Shown: positions 1 through 11,140 of the stretch, one piece after another
Position numbering within the stretch: the first letter of the stretch is position 1
Layout of the letters: every line of letters begins with the position of its first letter
Assembly: GCA_021432655.1 (NCBI GenBank)
Contig: MU271219.1
Location: 62,001-126,000, forward strand
Origin: Atractiella rhizophila
Lineage: Eukaryota
Direction of reading: 5' to 3'
Length of the DNA: 64,000 nucleotides
Notes under the pieces: model-generated
Databases searched by the model: none
What the model was told of the DNA's origin: nothing
The model's input: the letters and a program-made list of their open reading frames with translations, nothing else
Program-made: the position numbers and the translations under genes

Positions 1-463
1 TTCTAAGTTCCTACCGTGCACCTCTTTGAAAGTCTGCTCTTTTTGATTGATCGGATGCCGTCTGAATTCTGATTTTTGTCCTCTACCTCCGAAGCATTCG
101 TTTTATGCCTAGAAACAGAGCCAGCATTTTCTCATCCGAATATTCGCACTGCTCGCAGCACATCAGTGCGTGCAGCCATACAAGCATTCTGTCTTTCATT
201 ATCTGAACTCTTGCAACCATTGAACTATTAACCACCCTGTTAGCTCCAAAGTCCATTCTGCTGTCAGAACGCTCTATTTCCTCTCACGTATCTGTTGGTG
301 ACATTATCTGCCCATTAAGCCGTGACCCTTTGACCCATCGACTAATGGCACCAACAGGAACCGTAGCGCTCCGAGTCACCTCTACTCGTGAAGGTCAAGT
401 ACGTGTCCATAAAAGTATCAACTTCCAACAACGCCACAGCTCCCATCTACCAGTCGAACGGTC

Positions 464-1231
464 ATGTCGCGCATCGTATATAAGAACACGGCGTTCCCGC
501 CCCCTTCTCCTCCCGCTGAAGACGCGTATCACCTCACCACCGTGCCCGAGGAGTACGATCTTAACTTCTGCTTTCCTGTCAAGGCACTCGAAAGTTCACT
601 AGTGAAGCTGGAGCCGTTTATTGTCCGTCTTTCCATACTGATTAATTAAGACTGATGCGTCGCCGGATAGCCATCGCTGCATGCGCGAGAGTATTTCGAT
701 GCACTCTCCGAATTTGATACCCAGACGCTCTTCAGCTACCTGCCCTATGGCCCATTTCCCACGCTTCATTCCTTCCTCAACTGGTTGGAACTCCGTATCC
801 GCACCGACTCGGGGTCTCAGCTGTTCGTCATCCATTCCTCGGGCAAGTTGGCAGGCGTCATTGGCTACCTCAAAGGCAACTACGGTTTCAAATCCGTAGA
901 GATTGGACACATCGTTATTCTCCCCACTTTCCAAGGTACAAAGGTCACTACGCACGCTGTGGGGTTGATGGAACAATATGCGATGGAAGAGCTGAAGTTG
1001 TGGAGGTGTCAGTGGTATTGTCACGACATGAACGCGAAGAGCAAAGGAGTTGCATTACGGATGGGGATGCAGGAGGAGGGCTTATTGAGGTGGGAGAAGA
1101 GGTTTGGGAATGATAAACCGGGTTTGGATGGGAGAGATTCAAAAGGCAGACATTCGCGCGTGCTTGCTGTCACATGGGAAGACTGGGAGAATGGGGTGCG
1201 TGAAAAGGTCAATGGATTATTGGAGGGATGA
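464..1231 (+). CDS. GNAT-family (RimJ/RimL-like) acetyltransferase, 2 exons (464-622, 671-1231)
   Basis: GT..AG intron 623-670 joins the two ORFs in frame. Motifs VKLEPF, LFSYLPYGPF, SVEIGHIVILPTFQGT, N.KS..VA.RMG...EG.LR. Confidence 0.85.
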
Positions 1232-2174
1232 TGTATTCAACTCGAATTGGAGACACAAACTCCCACAGTTGTAACAAGTCCAACCATTTACAGAGCAATA
1301 TATTTTTCATTGAAATGAACGACAGTTACGATGGGTTACGGAAAAGAGAGACCACACTAGGTAAATTCAAGGCTAGAAAAAAAACAAGCCGTCAAAAATG
1401 CTTAGGTTGGTTGAGCCTACGATGGGCCACCAAATACATAAATGGATCGATAACCCTCATGTTTAACCCTGGCGTAAGTCTCATTGCCTCGCGATACCTT
1501 CTCCAACTTCTCAACCCACATCCTCCTTTTGTACATGGGTAACTTCTCATACTGTGTCCAATCCTCTTAAGGTCTTCATCGTACAGCATACCCAGATGGG
1601 CGGCGTGCAGTTCACGACAAACTCTAACTCCTCATGTTTGATTTTGGGAGGACAAGTGAGAGATGCGATCTTCATTTATCTGGCGTTTTTGTGGCATTGG
1701 TGCCAAAACGACGCAGCTGACAGGATTGACTACCTCGACGTATTTGCCCTCTTCAGTTCTTAAGAACTATGGGGATTACAGATGCCCGTATTTATCAATA
1801 TTCGACTTTGAAAACACGCTTAAGTAGACAAAAGCGATCCTAGTAGAAGAGGGTGCCAGATATGTCTGAACACTGGTGATGTGGATGGCTTGTTCAAGGA
1901 CGCTGTTGTTGGCAGAAGCGCGGAAAGAGAGTAACCACTGTGTAGACTCCAAATGGACCGGAGACGGTTGGAGTATTTGATGGGCAGTAGAAAAGGAATG
2001 GAATACGACGTGTACTCTTTCGGCGTGTAGTGACGTATAGTGAGGATGCGCCAACAATAAGGCCCAAAACGAAAGGTTCACGCGCTTCACGTCAGATATC
2101 TTCTAATACTACCAATAACACCTCAAAAGAGCATCAAAAGGCAGCCTACGCGACTAGATTACAAGCTAACGGTG

Positions 2175-5100
2175 ATGTGCATCCTGTGTCAACGGGAGGC
2201 GCAGGAAGCTGCAAGAGTGCAGCGCGAAAAGGCGTCGTCGAAAAGGAAGGGGAAGAAGCCCAGTGTGGGTATACAGCATTTGCCGTGCGTTTTCCTATTG
2301 TTAGACGCAGCGAAAGGGCTGGGAATACGATTTGACGTGATAAGCTGGGACCTTCAATATTGGTTTAACCTGACCACCTTCATCGAGCTAGTATTCTTTC
2401 TTTTTGGCATGATTGTTCTTGTAAAACGCGACCACGTCACTACATTCATTTGGGATGCCATCTGGCGCTTCGAGGTGCTCTGTGTCACGTTGGGGAGCTA
2501 CTGTATTAGTGGTGACGTCCTCGCTCCTTGTCACAACGCCACAACTGCGCTATACGCGTCCACAATCGCGTGAAACCATCCACAGGCTGTATCCTTCTGA
2601 TTCGACTGAGCTAACGCTTCCTTCATTTGACAGTCCTGAACTCATTTCCCTGATCGTGCAACATGTCGTGGACTCCCAACACGACTTCCCACCCTTCGAA
2701 AGCAACCCACCTGTTGGCATGATGGATTTCTTAGGCGCGATGGTCGCCAACTCTTTGGACGCAGGAGATCCGATGCCTCCTAATGGGGCCGCAGGAGGCG
2801 GAGGTGTCGGTGTGGCGACCGGAATGGGACCTGAACCGGGAGCCAGCAGAAATTCGAGAGAAGAGGAAGAAGAGTCAGACGAGGAGATGCCTCCTTTGGA
2901 GAACGTTGTTTCTGTTCCTTCCTCTGTCCCCAATCATATCGGCACGAGTGCGAGTGCGACAGTGAACCAAGCCTCGTCCTCTTCTGCCACCAACCCTGAT
3001 ACCACTGTGTCGGCTTCGGCGGCTCAGCACTCTGCGTCGACTACCACTACCACGAAACCCTTTTCCTTGAATTTAAACCCGGCTTGGCCTGTGTCCCCTT
3101 CTCAGCCTAACGCGAGCCAAGGGACGAACCCTTTTTCGTTTGTTGGGGGGATGGTCAAGAGGGAAGAACAAAAGGGGAATCCGGTGTTCGCACCTCCCAC
3201 ATCTGATCAGACCCCTTCCATGAGTAAAGCATCATCTTCCGCCGCACCTCAAACCATCGTTCCCTCTGCTGGTCCCAGTCCAACCCCGCCCACACCTTCG
3301 CAAGCGTGGTCCACTTTCCCTCAACCACGCATCCTCTCCACACCCGGTCGAACTTCGCATCGTACGAATAGCTCACTAGACCAAGTGCCTGAAGAGCTCA
3401 AAACGAAACCGATGGAATACATGTCAATACCTGAACTGGAGCGCGTGATCGTTTGTGTACAAGCCGAAACTCTCCTAGCGGAGCAAGAGATGACGAAGCT
3501 AGAGAAGGACCTCGTAGAGAAGATTAAGGCTGCAGGTTATTGGGATGTCAAGGACCTGAAAGCGTTTCTGGGTGTCAAAGAGGACATGATAGACGTCCCG
3601 GATGGAATCTACATCCCCATTGCGCCGGATAGTAGGAGGGGAGAGCTCCTCGTCAAGTTCGATGCCCTCGATAAGAGGGCACGCAAGTGCCAAATGTGGA
3701 TTTCAGCCGTTGCTGAGAGGTTTCAAGAGTTTCGATCTGCTGTCTCGTCTGGGAGGGTTTATCCACGAGGTGATTTCAAGAAGGAAGTCACAATCCCAGG
3801 ATCCGCTAGCATGAAGAAGAATGCTTCCTCTGGTCTCTCGTGGACGACCGGATTCCTCAACAAAACCGCACCTCTCAAGAATTCTACATCCACTCCAAAT
3901 GAATCTGCGTCACTTCCATCCAGCTCCGGAGCTACCGATAAAACCTTGAAAGTAACCCCTCACAAATTGACGACACCATCAGCCGAAACTACCAAGCCTA
4001 GGCTACAGTGGAATACTGGGTTCCTCAATTCGACCTCTTCTGACTCAACAAAAGCACCGACCAAGACCCAGGATGCAATAAACGGCTATTCTAATCCCTA
4101 CCCTTCGACATCCAACGGTTCTCTGGATGCTCAGAGTAGATCTCAGAATGAAAGCGACAGCCGTTCTTTTTCCGTGCATCCTATCCCCTCATTCGCTTCT
4201 AGTGTCGCTCCGGATGGTGGGAATGATGAAGAATTGGAAGACGAGGATGGTTTGAATGAAGAAGATGCAGATGCCGATAATCTGGAAACCTATACGGAAG
4301 ACGATGAAGACGACGAAGATTATGACGACGAAATGGCCATGTACAAGCTGCGAAACCCTCCTACTTATCCAGACGGCGTACCAACATCACCTCTCCTTCC
4401 ACTTTGCCTCGTGAACAGAAGTTTCCTTCGCGCTGCTAGGGAGAAACTCTACCGACACGTTACACTTCACGACGCTTATCAGGTCCACCTCTTTCTGCAA
4501 ACTCTGAAGTCAACGCCCGCTGCCGTGCCCATCTATCTCGGATCAAAGACGGAGCATGGGCTGGGGGGTTTTACCCATCACGTTAAGGGATTGTATTTCA
4601 TGCAGCCAGACGACATTGGTTTAGCACGAGGAGGTGGGAGGCTAATCCTTGATGTCATCAAGATGTGCAAGCGACTAGAACAGCTAAAACTTTGCATGGG
4701 TTTCATGGAGAGCGCTGCGTGAGTATTATTCTTGCTCTAAATGCCACAATCTGACGAAGCATAACAACAGTTACGAAGTCATGTCCGCTATAGCGTCAGC
4801 CGAGAATTTGAAGGGACTCGCCATGCGAACCAGTAGCGATGAACTGACGCCGATGGTGATTACTATTCCTCGAATCTATAAGTTGATGAGCCATCTGCCG
4901 AACTTGCGAGAAGCCGACTTTTGCGATATCCGTCCGTCAGCAGAAGGCCAAATTTGGGAAGAGGACGATTTTTGGGACTGCAATGCCGACGACGAAATTG
5001 ATGACGACTATCTCGACGGTGAGGATGGAGAAGGTGTAGGCATACGGTCGATTCCCGGCTTAAAGGTGTTGGATTTGAGCCACCCCGTGATCGAGGGGGA

Positions 5101-6025
5101 TGAGTTGGAAGCCATTTTACGACAGGTGTGTAGTTTTTATAGAACAAACAAACTCTGAGTCTCGTTTCTCGAACAGTCTAAAAATCTTGAGGAACTCAGA
5201 ATTCGCCACCCATCGCGGAGCTTGACACGTGCAGCTCTGACGAAGGCGATAATGTGTCATGGATTGACCCTCACATCCTTGAATCTCAGCCTTCAGACAG
5301 AATGGCACCCGGTGACTGTGCCTCTTACCGCACCGGCGGTCCCTTATGTCCCTTCTCCACTGCCGTCGTACCCATCACCTGAACAGATCAAGAAAGTATC
5401 CAGGCATCCGTACCTTGGAGATATTCTCATTCGCTGGCTCCCCAGTCTGAAGAATCTAACTCTTGATGGACCCATCTATTCGAACGCAATCTGGTCTGGC
5501 CTTCCGGACAGCATGGAGAAGATCTCCCTACGTGGCTCTAAAGTTCTCACAGCGTCTCCCGTTTTTGCAAAGTTGAAGAAGGGTATGGACATTTGGGTAC
5601 CGGCCAGAAAAGCGGAGAGCAAGCTGATCAAAAGGGAGAAGAAGGAGAGGAACAGACTTGGACGGCCTGCCCTACCGCTCAACTCTTGGGAGCTGGTCGA
5701 CTACCTGCTCCCTCCTGAGAAAAGAGCAGTCATCACCCACAAGTCTACCTTCCAACGCCAGAATGCAGCCTATACAGCTCTCCCGCTCATCCATTATGCT
5801 AACAACGGGAAGGGCCTGTTAGCGCTGCCGAATCTTACTTGCCTTCACCTGGGAGATTTTATGACCTGGAAGGAAAAAGATAGAAAGGCAATTTCTTCGC
5901 TTTGTGATAAGAGAAAGATATGCCTTCATGGAGCGAGTCCTCCAGCGGGTGTTGATGGCCTCGGCGCTGCAGCTGCTTTCGCTGCTATGGGAGGCATACC
6001 ATTACCACTAGGTATGCTAGGTTGA
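2175..6025 (+). CDS. Large F-box-like/LRR-like protein with long disordered insertion; exons 2175-2284, 2634-4718, 4771-5125, 5177-6025
   Basis: Splicing 2285-2633 (GTGCGT..GCTAAC..CAG) creates HLPPELISLIVQHV. The second F-box half LCLVNRSFLRAAREKLYRHVTL is near 4400, followed by LxxLxL repeats. All three introns preserve frame. Confidence 0.7.
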
Positions 6026-6242
6026 AGTGTGAAGGCCCTTAGTTTCAATCGCAGCATCATATACATTTTACTTACGTTCCAATGTGCACAGTCAAAGATT
6101 AGCCACTGCATTCCACTATTTTAGCCACTCAAGTAATTTACGTTGATTCGTTTTAGTGCTCTCATTCAGTTTGGGTTCTTCTTCGTACCAATGCCAATAG
6201 TTAGCTTTCATGTGAAATAAATGATTATTACGTCCCCATAGC

Positions 6243-8350
6243 TCAGGGATTGCCCGAAGTCGAAGACGGACCAGGTAGTTGCAAACCGAAAGCCTCACGC
6301 ACAACGCCTACGTCCTTCTCATCCCTCTTCAAGATCTTTATCAGGTGATCCAATCCTTTTTGCTGTTCCTCCAAAACCCTCAAAACACGACTCAAAGCTT
6401 CTTCATCCCCGACAACCCATCCCTCCCGTCCTGAACCATCTGATGCATACCCGCCTCCCTCCACCTCGCCTCTCCATCGTCCCACTGCTGCCCACAAAGT
6501 ACCGATACGCTTTTGATCCTCAGCTAAAGTGCGTTGCATTTCTTCTAGATCATGAAGTAAGTTTGTCGGGACCGCTTTGGCTGGTGATGGTGTCGAGGAA
6601 GTTGGTAATGGGAGAAGGGGCGAGAGTCGTGATATAAGATGGAGAAGTCGAATCGTAAGGGCTTGCGATTGGGTCTGAAGCTTTAGGAGTTTTGGTGAGA
6701 GTTCTAGAGTATGATGTTTCGAGAGCTTTTGGAGCAGCGTTGATAGTTCCTAAAGCGCGGACGATGAGTATGTAAGTACACTTTTGATACACCGAATAAA
6801 GTAGATGATATCGGAAGATTATGGACATGGAGGCATCGCGGGAACACTACTGATGTTAAGGACCATCGTTTGTAGTCATTCTCAGAAGCAGAGAGAAAGC
6901 GAAGGACGTGAGACTGCTGCATCCTCATCACAACATGCGGCCGTCTGCCAGATTTGTCAATGTGGCCTATTGTTACCTCTAGAAACTCGTGCAATAATCT
7001 TCCATATTGTACCGAAGGCCTGAATACAAGCTAGATATAGGACAAGAATAGGACACCAAATGCGTGCGGAATCACTCAGCGCGGTGCAATACCACAATGC
7101 CTGGCTGTTGGCACAGTGGTTGTTAGTTTTGTCCTTCAATAGCTCCCCTGAATGGCCCCTGGCAGCAGACTCAGGTGACTCGGAGCTGAGGTGGCTATTC
7201 TCGCGCAATGAAAACTCTGTGAAACATCTCGAAGGTATGTTTTGTCATTTTCACCAGTGATGCTCGAGGGAATTGGATATACCGTCAGAGACGCCTCAAT
7301 ATGTTCACATGGAAAATCACTGCAGAAAGGTACTTTGTGGTGAATATTGATAGCCCACCTCCTTCTAGAACGGCACAAGGTACAATGAAAGGAGAGCATC
7401 AGTATGAACAGCGACAGTATTGACAATGGCTTGATGCACAACCTTTCGATCACTTCTACATCGCACCACTTCCCTCTCAGGTGTCGTGCATATGAACCGC
7501 AACAGGTGCTTCCAGGCCAACTTAGATACAAAGGATACGATACAAAGGATAGTGAGAAACAATCGGAAAACTATCGAAAGAGCCACTTCCAAGCCTTAAT
7601 CGTAAGAGAGGGACATACCTCGACTTTTCCCAAATGTGCTTTGGCCATCCCGTCCTGCACAAGGGCCCTCTTTTTCAAATCGTCCCATCCCACCGCGAGG
7701 GCAGGCGCAAACTTTTTCTCATCTGGGTTCGCCCTCCTGGCCCTATTCCACTCCGCCTCAGTTGCGAGAGCTGGTTTGGACGTATACAGTTTCGCGTGCT
7801 CGGGAGAGGGAAGGAGGTTGTAGAACCAGCCATGAAAGCTGTTAGAGGGTGAAGAGGGGTCCCATGCGTTCTTTAGTGCCAGAATCTGTGATTCGATTGG
7901 CACTTGCGAGCGGACGGAGGACAGCAGTGACGGCGGTGCCTGAGATGCAGGGTTCGTCGATGCTGCGCCAACTGGTGTAGAGGCTCCTAGAGTGGAACCG
8001 AGAGCTGGAGTAGCTATGCTGGCGGATGAACCGAAGGAAAAGTTGGGAATGGCTGCTGCCGTCGTCGTTGCGGGAGTAGCTGTGGAAGTGGTTGGCGCGA
8101 AAGAGAAGCTTGGGACGGCACCTGCTGCCGTGGTCGTGGTTGGAGTGGCAGAAGAGAAGAGAGATCCTGTGCTTGTGCCTTGCCCAAGCGTGGTGGACGA
8201 CAAGAAAGAACTGCCAGTGCCTGGCTGAGTACCACCGCCTGAGGAAAAGGACGAGAACGAAGCGGAGCGTCCGAGGGGAGAAGGATTCGCAGGCGCAAAT
8301 GGGTTTGGGTTAGTGGACGCGGGGGTAGTCGTGGAGCCAAAAAGAGACAT
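6243..8350 (-). CDS. NUP57: Nucleoporin Nup57/Nup54 family; exons 8350-7619 and 6749-6243
   Basis: N-terminal SLFG/FSFG low-complexity region, then LKNAWDP..F..WFYN, W..A...NPD...PALAVGWDDLKKR and a C-terminal coiled coil (LEEQQKGLDHLIKIL). Phase-0 intron 7618-6750 joins the exons in frame. Confidence 0.85.
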
Positions 8351-8812
8351 CCTTGCTTCTTGCTCTTCTTCTTCGAGTTTTGAAGCGAAATGTTTCGATA
8401 GTGTTTAATGGTGATTTAGGGTTAGGGACAGAACAAGGGCAAAGCATCTCCAATCGTACTGCGACGCTCCCACCTCCTTCTTGGAGGGTAGTAACATCGT
8501 TGGAGACGTCGAATCCGCCGCGGACGGAGAGAGGGGAAGAAAGAAAGGCCGCGATGGGCGAAGGAGAGGCCGGAGAATGTGAGTATGACCTAAGGAGAAG
8601 AGTAAGGTTCGCAGGTTCACGCAATTGGGAGGATGTTTGAGCCCTTGGGGGGGAAACATCATTCAATGGGCGAACAAGTTGCGACAAACTCAGACTGACT
8701 CCGCGGATACAGGTGGATTAAAGCACCAAGAAACATCCACAAAGTTATCGAATCGAGTCAGATCCACACAGGAAATGTAGCGTTTACCTCTGCGTCATTT
8801 GAAGCTGCACAA

Positions 8813-9297
8813 TTGATGGATGTTTGTAGGAAGAAATTGAAGTTTCCCTTGATGTTGGAGCAGGCACCTCCTGTCTATAATACTACTTCTCAGCCAAAGT
8901 ATTGCTACGGTTGGATAATCCCAGGCCGACTTCTCCAGAAATATGCGAAAGAAGCTTTTGGATGGGGCAATGTTGAGAACATGGTCATGCGGAACCTCCT
9001 TCCTAGGTGGTGGGCAGAAAAGGGGTTGCCGTAGGAATTCCTCCCAATCATCCAATACACTTACCAATTGGATTAGATGGGTACAGGCAAGAGCAATTAG
9101 GATCGTGCTTCTTTCCTGGAGAATATGCCGTAGAAAGGGTGGCGTTCATCGCGACGAACTGCACAACTGAGGAACTAGGAAGAGCAGGAGACAAAGATTA
9201 TGTTGAGGCGGCTAAAAAGGCTTTGCGAGTGGAAGAAGAACCAACGTGGTTCTACTGCGATCGAAGGTCCCGCAATACATTTGTGAAATGTATGTAA
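8813..9297 (+). CDS. Small hypothetical protein, probably 2 exons (intron 9031-9086); start uncertain
   Basis: A 56-nt GTAGGA..TACAG intron joins ORFs 8813-9034 and 9007-9297 in frame. No recognisable domain. Confidence 0.45.
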
Positions 9298-11140
9298 TTC
9301 CTGAGTAGGGACTCGTGTTAATGTGAATAATTCATGTATCATTCACCAAAAAGTCATGAATAAGGAATAAGGTGTTCATGAACTGGTGACTGTGACTGTG
9401 ACATGAACTGTCAGCCTGACTTCGAAGTGCAAAGCTTATCCGACCAACAAATCCGCGACTTCTTACAGCAAACTGGGCAAAATGTACCCAACATCAAACT
9501 TAGAGTATTCGTTTCAAACCCGCTCTGATGTCTGCACTTCGTACTAATGTTAATCCTGTGTTAATGTTGCGCATTGTAGCGGACCTTGTTATGCATCTGC
9601 AGCACATGATTGACGCTTTGCGAACTCAGCTGCGCGAAGCCAGAGGGGTGGGTCGCCACAACCGACAAACAGTGTGGGACTCTTGACAATGGATAGCTGG
9701 AGATGCAGTTTTGTGATGTTGTGGCAGGCAGAATGACGAGTGAGGAAGGTAGAAAGAGGGGACACAGACGGAATGTGACAGAGCTAGTGCAGAAATGTTG
9801 TAGGACTGGTCCGATTGCAATAGATATGTGTATGACAGTACTTGAGTTATCTGGGACAAATGAACTGTTGAAAGTGCTCGTCTACATCACAAACATCAGT
9901 CCTGACTCCCACAACGATGAAGTTGGAGAGACCATCTTGCTCTTCAATGACCTCTGACTCCGTTCCCTTTCGGTGTCATACTCCCCACATTTAGGGAAAT
10001 GTTGATACTCATGTTCAGTCGTATCAGCAATCACCTTTGCAGGTACGTAACCCTTTACCTCCACTATCTAGATAATCCTTCATGCAGTCGATCTGTTCCA
10101 TCCAATGACATTCTCATCGCTGGGCAAGACACTTACCATGACGTCGCACTCCTCTTCGACTCATAGGCTGGAAGCACGATTGGCATGCGCTTTTTGGAGG
10201 AGATCCGCAAACGCCTCTTAATCCTGACGGCTGCTCTTCGGGATCAGCTCTATAAATTAGATTTCTCTATCTTTTATAGTAAACTATTTCCCCCTCGAAT
10301 TCGATGTGAACGTAAGATCCGGAACGGAAGGGGTTGAATTGCCTTTTCGAGCACACTTGATTGCTTCTATTTTTGAGGAGAAGGTAACTCTTAACCGACC
10401 ACCTATGTATATATTTCTTAGAAGAGACGTAGCTCCTGAGCAGTGTCAAATTGTCGAAGGGACACCGAAGTCGGCAACGATTCAAACATGTTGTGTTGCT
10501 TCGTCCACTTTAACCGTCCGTGCTGAGAGAGACAACCCATGACGGTGATGGTCTTCTGCATGCAATCGAACGCGCGCACCTCACTCTCTCTGCGATGATG
10601 CGCCAAGTCTTTCCTCCTGCACCAATCCGAAGGATGCTCACGTTTTTCACGTCTCGTCCTCTCTCCTGCTACTTAGGACGGAGATGACGCGGAAATGCTG
10701 TACGAGGTGGGGGAGGGGGAGATTGGAGTATTTCTCGAGTCGTGATATGAAGCGGTGCTCTAGCTCTCAAAGGCAGAGAACAAATGGGATCTGATATGAC
10801 ACAACAATACTTTTTTGCACTTTTGTGTCCGATGTGTAAGAGAACAAGATTCGCCATTCTTCTCCTCGATAACTTCTCTCACGATATGCGACAAGCTCAA
10901 CTGGCAGACGCTGTGCAAAGTTCTCAAATGGTCGCTCACTGATTCATCCCACTGTATCAGTTTTGTCTTCCAGAGTCTCGCCGCTTGATCGCTTCTCCTA
11001 ATCTCGACTCCTCCTTGGTTTATACCCTCTTGCAGGCCTGTTTGGACGTTTAAGAAGTAGGAGAAGTGAGAGGTAGGGCAGGTTTATTGGACATCAGCAA
11101 TCAATCATAGAATTGCTGAACCGATCTTTAAATATCTTCA

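Noticed and set aside
6882..6931. Box C (GTGATGA) and box D (CTGA) on the minus strand inside the NUP57 intron
   Set aside because: Only 50 nt overall, weak terminal stem and no convincing rRNA guide.
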